Numbered from the stretch's first letter, positions 18,515-27,564 are shown. The stretch: 54,732 nucleotides of DNA from a virus (IMGVR_UViG_3300029288_000078:1-54732), one strand, 5' to 3'. Translations and numbers: made by a program. Notes: a model not told the origin generated them from the letters alone.

Positions 18515-19235
18515 ATTTCTTGACAATATAAAAAACCTCAAAGCTAATTTTGCAGCAGGACAATTACGCCTCGATTTCGGTACTCTTTCTAAATTATTAT
18601 ACGCTGGCGCATTTGCTTCTATGTTTGGTAAGGATTTAAACTTTGAAGAAACCCAAATAGCGATAGATGAATTAAGAACTGCGCTGGGAAGTAAAGCTGA
18701 ATTAAGTGAAGCAAAGAAGACGGAATTGTTTGGCACGCAGGACATTGACTCGCAGATACGTCTTTTGTTATGGAGAAATCAAGTACTGCCAACAACTAGA
18801 TTTCAACTAGCAAGTTATTTTAAAAATGCCATTACACAATTTGGTTTACGCGAAACAAGTAACGAATTGATGCCTTTTGGAAATAATTCAATAGATTTGT
18901 GGACATCATGGAATATTCTTTTATCAGATCCAAAATACTTTCGATTCTACCAACAAAAACCGGCACCTAAGAATCCCGCCTTTGTTGGCATGATAGAAGA
19001 GGTATCTACGTTTAACTATAAAGAAGGTAAAAACGAAGCGTTGAGATTTAAGTTATTTAACGGCACTGATTGCATTCCCTCTATTGTTGTTTGGGCAGAG
19101 CGTGATGGTAAAGTTCATCCTGTATTAAAGAAGGCACTTGTCAAAAAAGCTTATGGGCTGGCAATTTTACGTTTGCAGGAGTATCGTGGAGAAACAACTT
19201 GTCAACTTATTGAGTGGAACACTATACGATCATGA
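18501..19235 (+). CDS. DnaE C-terminal fragment (post-HhH helices and OB fold) as a separate ORF
   Basis: LSKLLYAGAFASM resembles the DnaE LixaGAfD motif; FVGMIEEV...LRFKLFNG...IVVW is OB-like; own GGGGA SD. Confidence 0.7.
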   Translation: MLWNEFLDNIKNLKANFAAGQLRLDFGTLSKLLYAGAFASMFGKDLNFEETQIAIDELRTALGSKAELSEAKKTELFGTQDIDSQIRLLLWRNQVLPTTRFQLASYFKNAITQFGLRETSNELMPFGNNSIDLWTSWNILLSDPKYFRFYQQKPAPKNPAFVGMIEEVSTFNYKEGKNEALRFKLFNGTDCIPSIVVWAERDGKVHPVLKKALVKKAYGLAILRLQEYRGETTCQLIEWNTIRS

Positions 19236-19756
19236 GCGTCAAAAGAGCAAAGAAAAAAGATCCGAAGGCTAAGAAAAAAGAATTTACTTTACAGCCTGCT
19301 ATTTTAGGAGCACTTAGACGTTTGTTTAGGCGCTGGCCACCTTATATTACCATCAAAAATGAGAATAAAAAAGAATATTTTGTTAAGAGTAAAAAAGGCA
19401 AACCAATGCGTCGGGTTGGTTATATTTGTAATATTTGCGGTAAACTCACTCCAAATAAAGATTGTGCAGTTGATCATAAAATTCCTTGTGTATGCCCGAA
19501 TGAAGGATTTGTTAATCTCGATAAATACGCTGAAAGGTTGTTCTGCGAGAAGGGTAACTTGCAAATTTTATGCAAAAAATGCCACGATATAAAAAGCAAA
19601 GAAGAAAACAAACAGCGTCGAATATCAAGAGAGAAAAAGAAACCTCGTACAGAAAAAGAAACTGTAGAGTATGTTAAAAAGATGAGAAAAGCGCTACCTA
19701 AAGAAGCTTTGGCTGAACCTAAAAAAGCACCTCCAACAAAAAGGAAGAAGAAATGA
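19232..19756 (+). CDS. HNH endonuclease
   Basis: CNICG, VDHKIP and NLQILCKKCHDIK. Confidence 0.85.
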   Translation: MSVKRAKKKDPKAKKKEFTLQPAILGALRRLFRRWPPYITIKNENKKEYFVKSKKGKPMRRVGYICNICGKLTPNKDCAVDHKIPCVCPNEGFVNLDKYAERLFCEKGNLQILCKKCHDIKSKEENKQRRISREKKKPRTEKETVEYVKKMRKALPKEALAEPKKAPPTKRKKK

Positions 19757-20322
19757 CGACTTATTACGACAGAGAATATCCAGTATCGAAATGGATTATT
19801 GCAACAGGGCTAACAAAGAAACAACAGGAAATGTTAGTATCGGCTGCGAGTAAGAACAATGCACTTGTGGTGCCTTGGCCTGCTTTAGAGATGCCTGCTG
19901 AATTAACATCCTTAGCAAAAAATGGTTATGACGAGCAGGTTAATCAAGCTAAGCCGTTTTTCTTGGATATGGTATTAGCGTTACGAGCAATGGTTAATAT
20001 TACAAGAAGGAACAATCCATTTGCACAGATTTCGAACAAACCTCCTTATCATCATGTTTGTAAAAACCGAATCGAAACTGATGAATGTGTTGTGCGTTTG
20101 GCAAATGAGATATTAGCTGCTAACGATCCTATTACGTTAAGTCAGGTGTTTAATACAGCTGATACTTGTCATTTAACTTACGTGTCTATTGATGGCGACA
20201 AGAAAACGATACAAAAAATGGCAAAAGAAATTGTTACATTGGGAAACAGCGATGAATTTGATATTAATTTGAAGGACTTGTTGCCAAAAGACGCACTAGC
20301 CGCTATCACTAATCTATTTTAA
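19753..20322 (+). CDS. Hypothetical protein
   Basis: 189 aa, ATGA-coupled. Confidence 0.6.
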   Translation: MTTYYDREYPVSKWIIATGLTKKQQEMLVSAASKNNALVVPWPALEMPAELTSLAKNGYDEQVNQAKPFFLDMVLALRAMVNITRRNNPFAQISNKPPYHHVCKNRIETDECVVRLANEILAANDPITLSQVFNTADTCHLTYVSIDGDKKTIQKMAKEIVTLGNSDEFDINLKDLLPKDALAAITNLF

Positions 20323-20340
20323 AAAACACACCCCACCAGC

Positions 20341-20369
20341 TTGACTCCAATTTTCATAACAGCTACTTT
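20341..20369 (+). promoter_or_regulatory. Sigma70-like promoter
   Basis: TTGACT-N17-TACTTT. Confidence 0.65.
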
Positions 20370-20422
20370 AGTTAAATCAAATACTGATCGAATATGTTTG
20401 TTTTAACCAAGGAGACACTGTT

Positions 20423-21463
20423 ATGGATAATACCGTAGTTCCAATGACTTTAGGCGAGATGAATTTTGAAGGCGATGTGGATTGTACGCAAGGCCGTGTA
20501 GGTAATGGCTTGGGTGGTAATTTTACTAAACTTATTTATGTTCCCAAAGCAGGTGCAGCTCCATTAGTTGGCAAAATATTAGCTGACTTTAGAGCAGGCA
20601 ACAGAGCAAATTTCCCAATTGAATATCATGAATTTTCGGTTGGCGCAGCAATGACTGATATTCGCTTCTTTATGTCTCCCAAGTGTTTTGGACAAGAAGA
20701 CTTGCTAACTAATCTTTTTTGGAAAGCCATTAAAGATCGTAAAAAAGTTTTTGATGATTTAATCACAAAATACGGTAACAAAGAAGCGGCAAAAACAGCT
20801 GCTAAAGAGCATAAAGAATATTTGGATTTAGACTTGACCGTAAAAATGACTCGCGCTAAAAAAGGCGTCTTGATGTATTGGGTTGGCAAGGGCGAAAGTA
20901 AAGTTCAAACGCTGATGGTTAAAGAGCCAATGGCAGATGTTTTATTTGGTGCAGCTGCTAAAAAAGACTTTACAGGTAGAGATGTTCCACCAATTCCAGG
21001 ACTAGTAAAAGAAATGAGAGAAATGGGGTTATCTCCATTTAATCTTAACGACGCTTGTGGATGGGTGAAATTATTTAAAACTGGCTCTGGCCCAACTACA
21101 CAATTCCATGCTGAACTAGAACAAATGAAACGTGAAGAAGTTTTAGCAGGCGGCAAGCGTAGGTTCTTTTCTGAGCCAACTGAAGCTGCTGTAGATATGG
21201 CAGTCTTAAAAGTTGATGCTAATACCATTCCTGAATTTACTAAAACATGTAAAGAGCTTTCGTGGTCTGCTGAAGAAATGACTGCTTATATCGAGTCTCA
21301 TTTTACAATCATGCCTGAGCGTTATTATAGAAGAGCAGGAGGAGCAGCGCCTCGTCCTCAATATACCGCCGAACCAGCAAGCCATGGACAGGAAGTAACC
21401 AACGCTGTTGACGCTGCATATGAAGTTGGTACGGCAGCTACTGAAGACGATATCGAATTTTAG
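20423..21463 (+). CDS. Putative single-stranded DNA-binding protein (gp32-like)
   Basis: Flexible Ala-rich tail ending in acidic EDDIEF; KTGSGPTTQF motif; replication context. Confidence 0.5.
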   Translation: MDNTVVPMTLGEMNFEGDVDCTQGRVGNGLGGNFTKLIYVPKAGAAPLVGKILADFRAGNRANFPIEYHEFSVGAAMTDIRFFMSPKCFGQEDLLTNLFWKAIKDRKKVFDDLITKYGNKEAAKTAAKEHKEYLDLDLTVKMTRAKKGVLMYWVGKGESKVQTLMVKEPMADVLFGAAAKKDFTGRDVPPIPGLVKEMREMGLSPFNLNDACGWVKLFKTGSGPTTQFHAELEQMKREEVLAGGKRRFFSEPTEAAVDMAVLKVDANTIPEFTKTCKELSWSAEEMTAYIESHFTIMPERYYRRAGGAAPRPQYTAEPASHGQEVTNAVDAAYEVGTAATEDDIEF

Positions 21464-21477
21464 TCTAAGGAAAAACA

Positions 21478-21726
21478 ATGGTCGATTGCCTTGTCTGTCA
21501 TAAAGAAGTTATTCATGTCCATGAAGCTGACATATGGCAGTTTGGCGAGTTTTGTTCAGAAGAGTGTTACCAACAATCTAATGAATATAAATACCTTGAT
21601 CGAACAATGGACGACTTCTTAGAGAAATTAAGTCCATTGCAAATTTCTTATTTAGATCTATTTATTGCATACGATGATTATAACTTTCGTCAGTTTTTAA
21701 ATAAGGTGCATTTGAAATGCGTATAG
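21478..21726 (+). CDS. Hypothetical zinc-finger protein
   Basis: CLVC...FCSEEC. Confidence 0.55.
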   Translation: MVDCLVCHKEVIHVHEADIWQFGEFCSEECYQQSNEYKYLDRTMDDFLEKLSPLQISYLDLFIAYDDYNFRQFLNKVHLKCV

Positions 21727-22304
21727 AAGAAATGAACTTTGAACCGGCTCCAGAAGCTTCAAACATACTTTTATCTGAAATGGATTTACAAAGTATGTAT
21801 GAGCAAACTTTGGTGCGAGTTAAGGATATTTTTGAACATGGAGGAGCAGAAGCTGAGTTTGCTATAGGCGCTTTGGCTCCTTATCTTAACGCTAGTGAAG
21901 AATTATCATCTTGCACACCAATACAGGCTCAGATTATTTATTCGCGTATCAGCAAGGGGTATTCCGTTGTGGCGAGTCTTTATGGGAAGGCTCAATTTGA
22001 TCGCAACGTGGCAATCGCTAATTTTAAATCCATTCGGGGCGTTTATTACTTAGAAGAGTTTGGAAAATACGTAGCTGAGCAAAAAGCTAACGGTTTAAAC
22101 ATTAAAGATACAGATGCGAGTCGCGAGCATTATTTAAACACCCAAGAAGCGGTCACACAAGCAAAAATGAAAGTAGATTTCTACGATGCTTTGGTTGCGA
22201 CTATAGAAGGTTGGAAGTCGAAACTGTATTCCGATATGGGCAATGCAAAAAACTTGGTTTACGCCAAGAGATATAGTGATGATTTATCAACGAGGGCAAA
22301 TTAA
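21717..22304 (+). CDS. Hypothetical helical protein (possibly UvsY-like)
   Basis: Helical 195 aa protein between the SSB-like gene and recA; function is inference only. Confidence 0.4.
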   Translation: MRIEEMNFEPAPEASNILLSEMDLQSMYEQTLVRVKDIFEHGGAEAEFAIGALAPYLNASEELSSCTPIQAQIIYSRISKGYSVVASLYGKAQFDRNVAIANFKSIRGVYYLEEFGKYVAEQKANGLNIKDTDASREHYLNTQEAVTQAKMKVDFYDALVATIEGWKSKLYSDMGNAKNLVYAKRYSDDLSTRAN

Positions 22305-22489
22305 TGTCGTTAATATTTGAACAGAAGTCGCAATTCGCTGAAGGATTGCAGGAAATTAAATTGTATAAAGAAAAAGATATTTATCGGATTTTTGTGCGTA
22401 ATGAATGCGGCCACCAATCTGATATTTATTTAAATAAAGAGGATTTTTTGTTATTTGCGCAGAACATTGAAAGGCAAATAAGAAAATAA
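22304..22489 (+). CDS. Hypothetical protein
   Basis: 61 aa, coupled to the upstream stop. Confidence 0.5.
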   Translation: MSLIFEQKSQFAEGLQEIKLYKEKDIYRIFVRNECGHQSDIYLNKEDFLLFAQNIERQIRK

Positions 22490-22490
22490 G

Positions 22491-23603
22491 TTGACTCTGC
22501 TTATGGAACAATCAGATAGAACAGGACTAATGTATATGATTAAACGTTTTAGAAGTGAAAATTATAATCAAGATTTTAATGACGAAACTGGCTATCACGA
22601 ATATTGGGGCAGTACTAAAGAGATTAATCCTAGTTGGTGTGAACATGGACCAAGCATTCTTGATATAGAAATAAGTAGCGGATACTGTAAGGCTAGCTGT
22701 AAATTTTGCTATAAGTCTAACGGTAACATGCACAACTCGGTAGATAATATGTCATTAGAGTTGTTTAAATCGATATTAGATAAAACAAATAAAGAGATAC
22801 TTACTCAAATTGCGTTTGGACTTTGTGATATAGATTCTAATCCTGATATGTGGCGTATTTTTGAATATTGCCGCAGTGAAGGTATTGTGCCGAATTATAC
22901 CTGTAATGGATTAGGTATTACAGAGGAAATCGCACAAAAAACAAAACAATACTGTGGTGCCGTAGCGGTTTCAATTGTTAATAAAGAACAAAGCTTTAAT
23001 GCAATAAAGATGTTTACTGATGCAGGTATGACTCAGTGCAATATTCATTTTATGCTCAGCCAAGAGACAATGCCACAAGCGTTTGAAATTATGGATGCTA
23101 TGGTTACAGATCCGCGTCTTGCAAACATGAATGCTATCGTTTTCTTGCAATACAAGCCTAAAGGAAATGGTATTGGTCATTTTAGTCCGGTAGCTGATGT
23201 AGAAAGCTATCAACAAATAGTGGATTATGCCAGAGCCAGAAAAATAAGCATTGGGTTTGATTCTTGCAGTGCTCCTTTGTATTTAAAAACATTATTGCAA
23301 TATTATCCGAAGCAATACGCCGAACAATCTCCTTATGTTGATCCTTGCGAAAGCGGGTGTTTTAGTTTTTATTGTAATTATAAAGGCGAATTCTTTCCCT
23401 GTTCGTTTGCTGAGGGAGAAGGTGAGTGGCAAGAAGGGTTGAATATAGCTAATTATGACCAATTAGTGGACTTATGGAAAGATCCAAAAATAGAAAAATG
23501 GCGACAAAATTTAATTAAATCTTCGGCTGGTTGTAAGTGTGCGGCAAAAAAAGATTGTAGAAATTGTATGTTGTTTCCAGAAATAACGGGATGTAAAAAA
23601 TGA
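22491..23603 (+). CDS. Radical SAM enzyme with SPASM/twitch-like C-terminal domain
   Basis: CKASCKFC (CxxxCxxC); CESG...GEFFPCSF...CKC..KKDCRNC; real start probably 22503-22536. Confidence 0.9.
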   Translation: MTLLMEQSDRTGLMYMIKRFRSENYNQDFNDETGYHEYWGSTKEINPSWCEHGPSILDIEISSGYCKASCKFCYKSNGNMHNSVDNMSLELFKSILDKTNKEILTQIAFGLCDIDSNPDMWRIFEYCRSEGIVPNYTCNGLGITEEIAQKTKQYCGAVAVSIVNKEQSFNAIKMFTDAGMTQCNIHFMLSQETMPQAFEIMDAMVTDPRLANMNAIVFLQYKPKGNGIGHFSPVADVESYQQIVDYARARKISIGFDSCSAPLYLKTLLQYYPKQYAEQSPYVDPCESGCFSFYCNYKGEFFPCSFAEGEGEWQEGLNIANYDQLVDLWKDPKIEKWRQNLIKSSAGCKCAAKKDCRNCMLFPEITGCKK

Positions 23604-24058
23604 AAAAAAGATTGGGATTTGTAAGTAATTCCTCCTCAAGTTCTTTCGTCTGTAATGTTTGTAGCAATAGTGAAGTTGGCTATGATGAATCGCCTGAAGG
23701 GTGGGTAAGTTGTGTGAATGGCCATACTCTTTGCGATGGTTGTGTAGATGGAAATCCTGATACCGATGATTGTGGAGAAGTAGCTGAAAAAGATTGCTCT
23801 ATATGTCAATTTGTTGAAATTGAGTATGGTGACATGGCTAGATATTTAGAAGAAATCTATAAAATTTCTAGGGATGAGGTTTTTGCAGAGATTAAGAAAA
23901 TAAACAAGAGAAGAAAGAAGCTGTACGACACTGAATATGTTGAATATGTTTGTAGGCAACACTCACTGGTTGTGCAAAACGTATTGGCCGAAATAAAAGG
24001 AAAATTTAGTAGCTATGGTGATTATCGTGATTATTTAAGGAGTCGAAAAGATGTCTAA
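23600..24058 (+). CDS. GFVSNSSSSSF-leader protein 4 (Cys-rich)
   Basis: MKKRLGFVSNSSSSSF then CNVC, CVNGHTLC, CSICQF; ATGA overlap with the radical SAM gene. Confidence 0.85.
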   Translation: MKKRLGFVSNSSSSSFVCNVCSNSEVGYDESPEGWVSCVNGHTLCDGCVDGNPDTDDCGEVAEKDCSICQFVEIEYGDMARYLEEIYKISRDEVFAEIKKINKRRKKLYDTEYVEYVCRQHSLVVQNVLAEIKGKFSSYGDYRDYLRSRKDV

Positions 24059-24467
24059 GATTCGCAATGGCTTTGTAAGTAATAGCAGTAGTAGTTCTTT
24101 TATTTGTGTGGTTTGTGGTGAAGAAGCATCTGGATGGGATTTAAGCTTATCAGATGCTGAAATGGTTGAATGTAAAAATGGACATGTGTTTTGCGATTCT
24201 CATATAATTCAACAAGAAAAAGAACCAAGCACGACTAACGCAATAGATGACGACGAAGAAAACAGTGACGACGATGATGAAGATTTTGATGATTACGAAG
24301 TTGAAATAGAGAGATGTCCGATTTGTCAATTTCAATCGTTGGCTACAGAAGACGCCGTACAGTATTTATTAAAAAAATTAAATCTTACGGAAAAATTGTG
24401 TTTATCTCAAATTAAACAAGAATTTAGTAATTATGAAAAATTTACTAAGTATTTGGGGGAAAAATGA
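24051..24467 (+). CDS. GFVSNSSSSSF-leader protein 5 (Cys-rich)
   Basis: MSKIRNGFVSNSSSSSF then CVVC, CKNGHVFC, CPICQF; acidic tract. Confidence 0.85.
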   Translation: MSKIRNGFVSNSSSSSFICVVCGEEASGWDLSLSDAEMVECKNGHVFCDSHIIQQEKEPSTTNAIDDDEENSDDDDEDFDDYEVEIERCPICQFQSLATEDAVQYLLKKLNLTEKLCLSQIKQEFSNYEKFTKYLGEK

Positions 24468-24811
24468 AAAAAAGAGTGGGATTTGTAAGTAATTCTAGCA
24501 GCAGTTCTTTTATTATTTGCGGTCAACGTTTATCTAAATTACCAGCAGAATATGTTGATACTTTATACGCTGAAGGTGATCATGCTAGTGATGGCAGGGA
24601 TTTTTTTAAACTAACTACAGCTATGTTTGCGACATTGCAAAAAAACGAAATAATGAAAGAGAATTTAGAATATTACGATGTCAAACAAATATTTAGTGAT
24701 AGGGTATTGAACACAAATGATCTTCCAAAGGATTGTTTGATTTCGACTAAAGAAATTGACTATCACATTACTTCTACTCTTGATGATCTGATCGAACGGT
24801 ACGGTAGGTAA
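24464..24811 (+). CDS. GFVSNSSSSSF-leader protein 6
   Basis: MKKRVGFVSNSSSSSF; ATGA overlap. Confidence 0.85.
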   Translation: MKKRVGFVSNSSSSSFIICGQRLSKLPAEYVDTLYAEGDHASDGRDFFKLTTAMFATLQKNEIMKENLEYYDVKQIFSDRVLNTNDLPKDCLISTKEIDYHITSTLDDLIERYGR

Positions 24812-24815
24812 TATT

Positions 24816-24965
24816 ATGTGGCCGCAATGGATTTTGTCAATTTGGTTGATTCTATCTTTTCTGGTAGCAATTAGAAAAACTGACGATGATGGGAAATTTT
24901 TTGGATTTCTTTTTTCACTCGTTGCAGTATTTGCGTTATTGTTTTTTGGCGGCTTCTACGGATAA
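24816..24965 (+). CDS. Small two-TM membrane protein (49 aa, not in the ORF track)
   Basis: MWPQWILSIWLILSFLVAIRKTDDDGKFFGFLFSLVAVFALLFFGGFYG; AGGT SD. Confidence 0.65.
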   Translation: MWPQWILSIWLILSFLVAIRKTDDDGKFFGFLFSLVAVFALLFFGGFYG

Positions 24966-24980
24966 AATATTCCCTCCAGC

Positions 24981-25009
24981 TTGCTTTTGTTTGTTGAACC
25001 CTTTATCCT
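24981..25009 (+). promoter_or_regulatory. Sigma70-like promoter of recA
   Basis: TTGCTT-N17-TATCCT. Confidence 0.55.
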
Positions 25010-25039
25010 GCTTTTATAAATCAAAAACAGGAGAACTCT

Positions 25040-26191
25040 ATGGGTGACGTACCGGCATTTTTTAGTAAATTACAAAAAGATTGTGGAGCAGTGATTGCAG
25101 CTGTGGCGGCTAAACAAAAAGTACAGACTACTTTATATGCAGGCGATCCTTATTTACATTGGGTTACAGGCGGTTGGTCGCTAGGTAAAGTTAACATTTT
25201 GTATGGGCCAAGTGGTTCGGGCAAGAGTACGGTAGCTCTTAATGCAATTGGCAGAAACCAACAAAGAAAACCTGATTCTTGGGTTTTAATTATTGACTCT
25301 GAAATGTATTTCCATGATCGCCCTGATCGAGTGCAACGATTAAACACGGCTTTTGGTATCGACTTAGATCGTTGTTTGATTATTTCGTCTAAACAAATTA
25401 ATGTAGCATTTGGTAATATTTTTGATTTTATTGATTCGGTGAAGAATAAAGAATTTGAACTGGCGGGTGTGTTAATTGATAGCTGGAAAGGTTTTGAAAA
25501 TAAAGCAGCTGTTAAAAAAATTATTGCAGGAAAAATTGATGAGGCCGGAGATTCAACTAGAGGCAACGCTAAATCTATGAACCCAATTTTAGATCAACTT
25601 GTTATTCTAGCGTCGTTGGCTCATGCAGTTTTTATGGTTACTCAACACGTAAGTCAAAATCAAGGCGAATATGGTCCTGAATATTTATTACCGGGCGGAG
25701 AGAACTTACGACACCAAGCGGATGCAATTATTTATTTACAATCGATGAATGGCAGTGACGCTAAAATGGCAGACGGTGATGTGATTATTGAAAAAAGCGA
25801 TAAGGTTACTGAAAAAATAGGCAAAATAACACGCTTTAGGGCAGAAAAAACAAGAAATACAGTAGAAGGTAAAGTTTGTGAAGTTTGGTTTAATTTTAAA
25901 GAAGGTCGATTTGCTCATCCAGAAATGTCTTTATTTGATCTTGCTGTAAAGCTTGGTGTAATTGGACATCCTTTAAATGAAAAAGGAAAAGAAGTTGTTG
26001 CTCACTGGGTTTTTGAGGATGTAAAAATCGTGGGTAAAGACAATATGATTGAAGAACTTAAAACCAATTCTGCTTTATCCAATCGTGTTCAAGCTGCGTG
26101 TTTTCCTAATGGCAATCCAGATAAAAAAGCTGAAGTTGTCGTAGAAGCCGTGGAAGAAATTTTAGAAAAACCAAAGAAAAAAGGGAAATAA
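25040..26191 (+). CDS. recA: RecA/UvsX-like recombinase
   Basis: GPSGSGKST, IDSE, LIDS, PGGENLRH and EKTR motifs. Confidence 0.88.
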   Translation: MGDVPAFFSKLQKDCGAVIAAVAAKQKVQTTLYAGDPYLHWVTGGWSLGKVNILYGPSGSGKSTVALNAIGRNQQRKPDSWVLIIDSEMYFHDRPDRVQRLNTAFGIDLDRCLIISSKQINVAFGNIFDFIDSVKNKEFELAGVLIDSWKGFENKAAVKKIIAGKIDEAGDSTRGNAKSMNPILDQLVILASLAHAVFMVTQHVSQNQGEYGPEYLLPGGENLRHQADAIIYLQSMNGSDAKMADGDVIIEKSDKVTEKIGKITRFRAEKTRNTVEGKVCEVWFNFKEGRFAHPEMSLFDLAVKLGVIGHPLNEKGKEVVAHWVFEDVKIVGKDNMIEELKTNSALSNRVQAACFPNGNPDKKAEVVVEAVEEILEKPKKKGK

Positions 26192-26192
26192 T

Positions 26193-26597
26193 ATGAGTTG
26201 GAGTGTAGAAATTACGCACGAGACTTTGCCCGATCCTGATGAACCAATAGTATCTTTTTGTAGCTGTATGGGCAGTATTTTAAGAATTATTTATGATGAA
26301 TTTCGTATTAGCCCGACAGAATGGACAAAGGAAAATGCTATTACTAGTCTTAAGTGGCTTATTAATAATATAGATTCAGGCGCTGCTGAGCGATTTGATG
26401 ATAAGTGGTGTGTAGCGGCTGATATGCAATGGAGTAAGGGTAAAGAAAGTCATGCAGATTACGATACGTTGTCTGGCTTTATACCCGATACGTATGAAGA
26501 ATGGACGGGCAAAAACAAACGAGCAAATATGAGGCAAACGGCAATTCGGTTTTTGCTGTATTATATTGCTGGTTATAACGTTAAGTTTGAATGGTGA
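26193..26597 (+). CDS. Hypothetical protein
   Basis: 134 aa ORF in operon. Confidence 0.6.
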   Translation: MSWSVEITHETLPDPDEPIVSFCSCMGSILRIIYDEFRISPTEWTKENAITSLKWLINNIDSGAAERFDDKWCVAADMQWSKGKESHADYDTLSGFIPDTYEEWTGKNKRANMRQTAIRFLLYYIAGYNVKFEW

Positions 26598-26602
26598 GGA
26601 AT

Positions 26603-26779
26603 ATGAATATCAATTGGCACGGATTGGTTTTAGACGGTAAATCCATAGAAGATGATGCATTGCCAGAATTAGAACAAATGAAAAAATTAATACCAGAATG
26701 CTTACATGATGATTTTGAGAGATACAAAGCAAGGTTTGAATGTACTCTTTCTGAGTGTGTTTATAAAGGAGAACGCTAA
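26603..26779 (+). CDS. Hypothetical protein
   Basis: GAGG SD before ATG 26603. Confidence 0.5.
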   Translation: MNINWHGLVLDGKSIEDDALPELEQMKKLIPECLHDDFERYKARFECTLSECVYKGER

Positions 26780-26780
26780 C

Positions 26781-27323
26781 ATGATTAATGATTTTTTTAA
26801 TACAAAAGTTAAAGGTCCTACAAAGGAACTGTCTATTGCTGATGTGATTTATATAGCATTAGGTGGACGGATATATTTATCAAAACGACTGGCTCCTGCG
26901 ATGTCTATTTGCAATGCTCGTATTTATGCTGGAGATCAGTTTGTTTATTCTGGTGATTTGGAAATACCTAAAGTCGTAAGCAAGCTTGAGTGTATTGCTC
27001 AAGAGTTTGGCGTGGTATTAGATATCTATTATGAACATGGCGATAAGGTGTATTGGTCGAGTAAAGATCCAAATACATGGAACGGATATTGGGTAACGGA
27101 TGACGGTGTAGAGGTATCTAGTTCTTCAATTCATGATGCTTTGCCTTGGTATATAAGAGAAGCTGCACGGAGACAGAGGCAGTGGGGAATTGACCATGGA
27201 TTATTGCGTCGTAATCTTAAAGAATGGTGGTCGGATTTTTACTATTACAGAGTTAAATGCAAAATATATGACATTCAGCGTTGGTGGAGAAAAAGAAATG
27301 AAGTTGATAGTCAGGCCGAGTAA
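26781..27323 (+). CDS. Hypothetical protein
   Basis: AGGAG SD before ATG 26781. Confidence 0.6.
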   Translation: MINDFFNTKVKGPTKELSIADVIYIALGGRIYLSKRLAPAMSICNARIYAGDQFVYSGDLEIPKVVSKLECIAQEFGVVLDIYYEHGDKVYWSSKDPNTWNGYWVTDDGVEVSSSSIHDALPWYIREAARRQRQWGIDHGLLRRNLKEWWSDFYYYRVKCKIYDIQRWWRKRNEVDSQAE

Positions 27324-27564
27324 TTTATTATTTCGTATGTACAAGGTAGATGGTTGGGATCAAGAATTGTGTGATAGTTTCCTTATTAAAGGTGCCTCTC
27401 ATTGTTATTTTCCTAATGATCGTTCTCCTTATTATGTTTACGATGAAGGCTGTAAAATTGATGTGCCTAAATTCATTAAAGAGTGTGTAATACAACCTTG
27501 TGGATTTTGGTCAGAGCGAGAAAAAGCTAGGACGGCAGAAGAAATCATTAATGAATATTATTAA
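27298..27564 (+). CDS. Hypothetical protein
   Basis: GGAG SD before ATG 27298. Confidence 0.5.
   Translation: MKLIVRPSNLLFRMYKVDGWDQELCDSFLIKGASHCYFPNDRSPYYVYDEGCKIDVPKFIKECVIQPCGFWSEREKARTAEEIINEYY

Noticed and set aside
24241-24300. GAY/GAA-rich tract as a tandem repeat element
   Set aside because: It simply encodes an Asp/Glu-rich linker with mixed codons.
7173-24811. GFVSNSSSSSF copies as a CRISPR array, DGR or DNA repeat
   Set aside because: The copies are in-frame gene starts with synonymous divergence; there is no regular spacer period, reverse transcriptase or cas gene.
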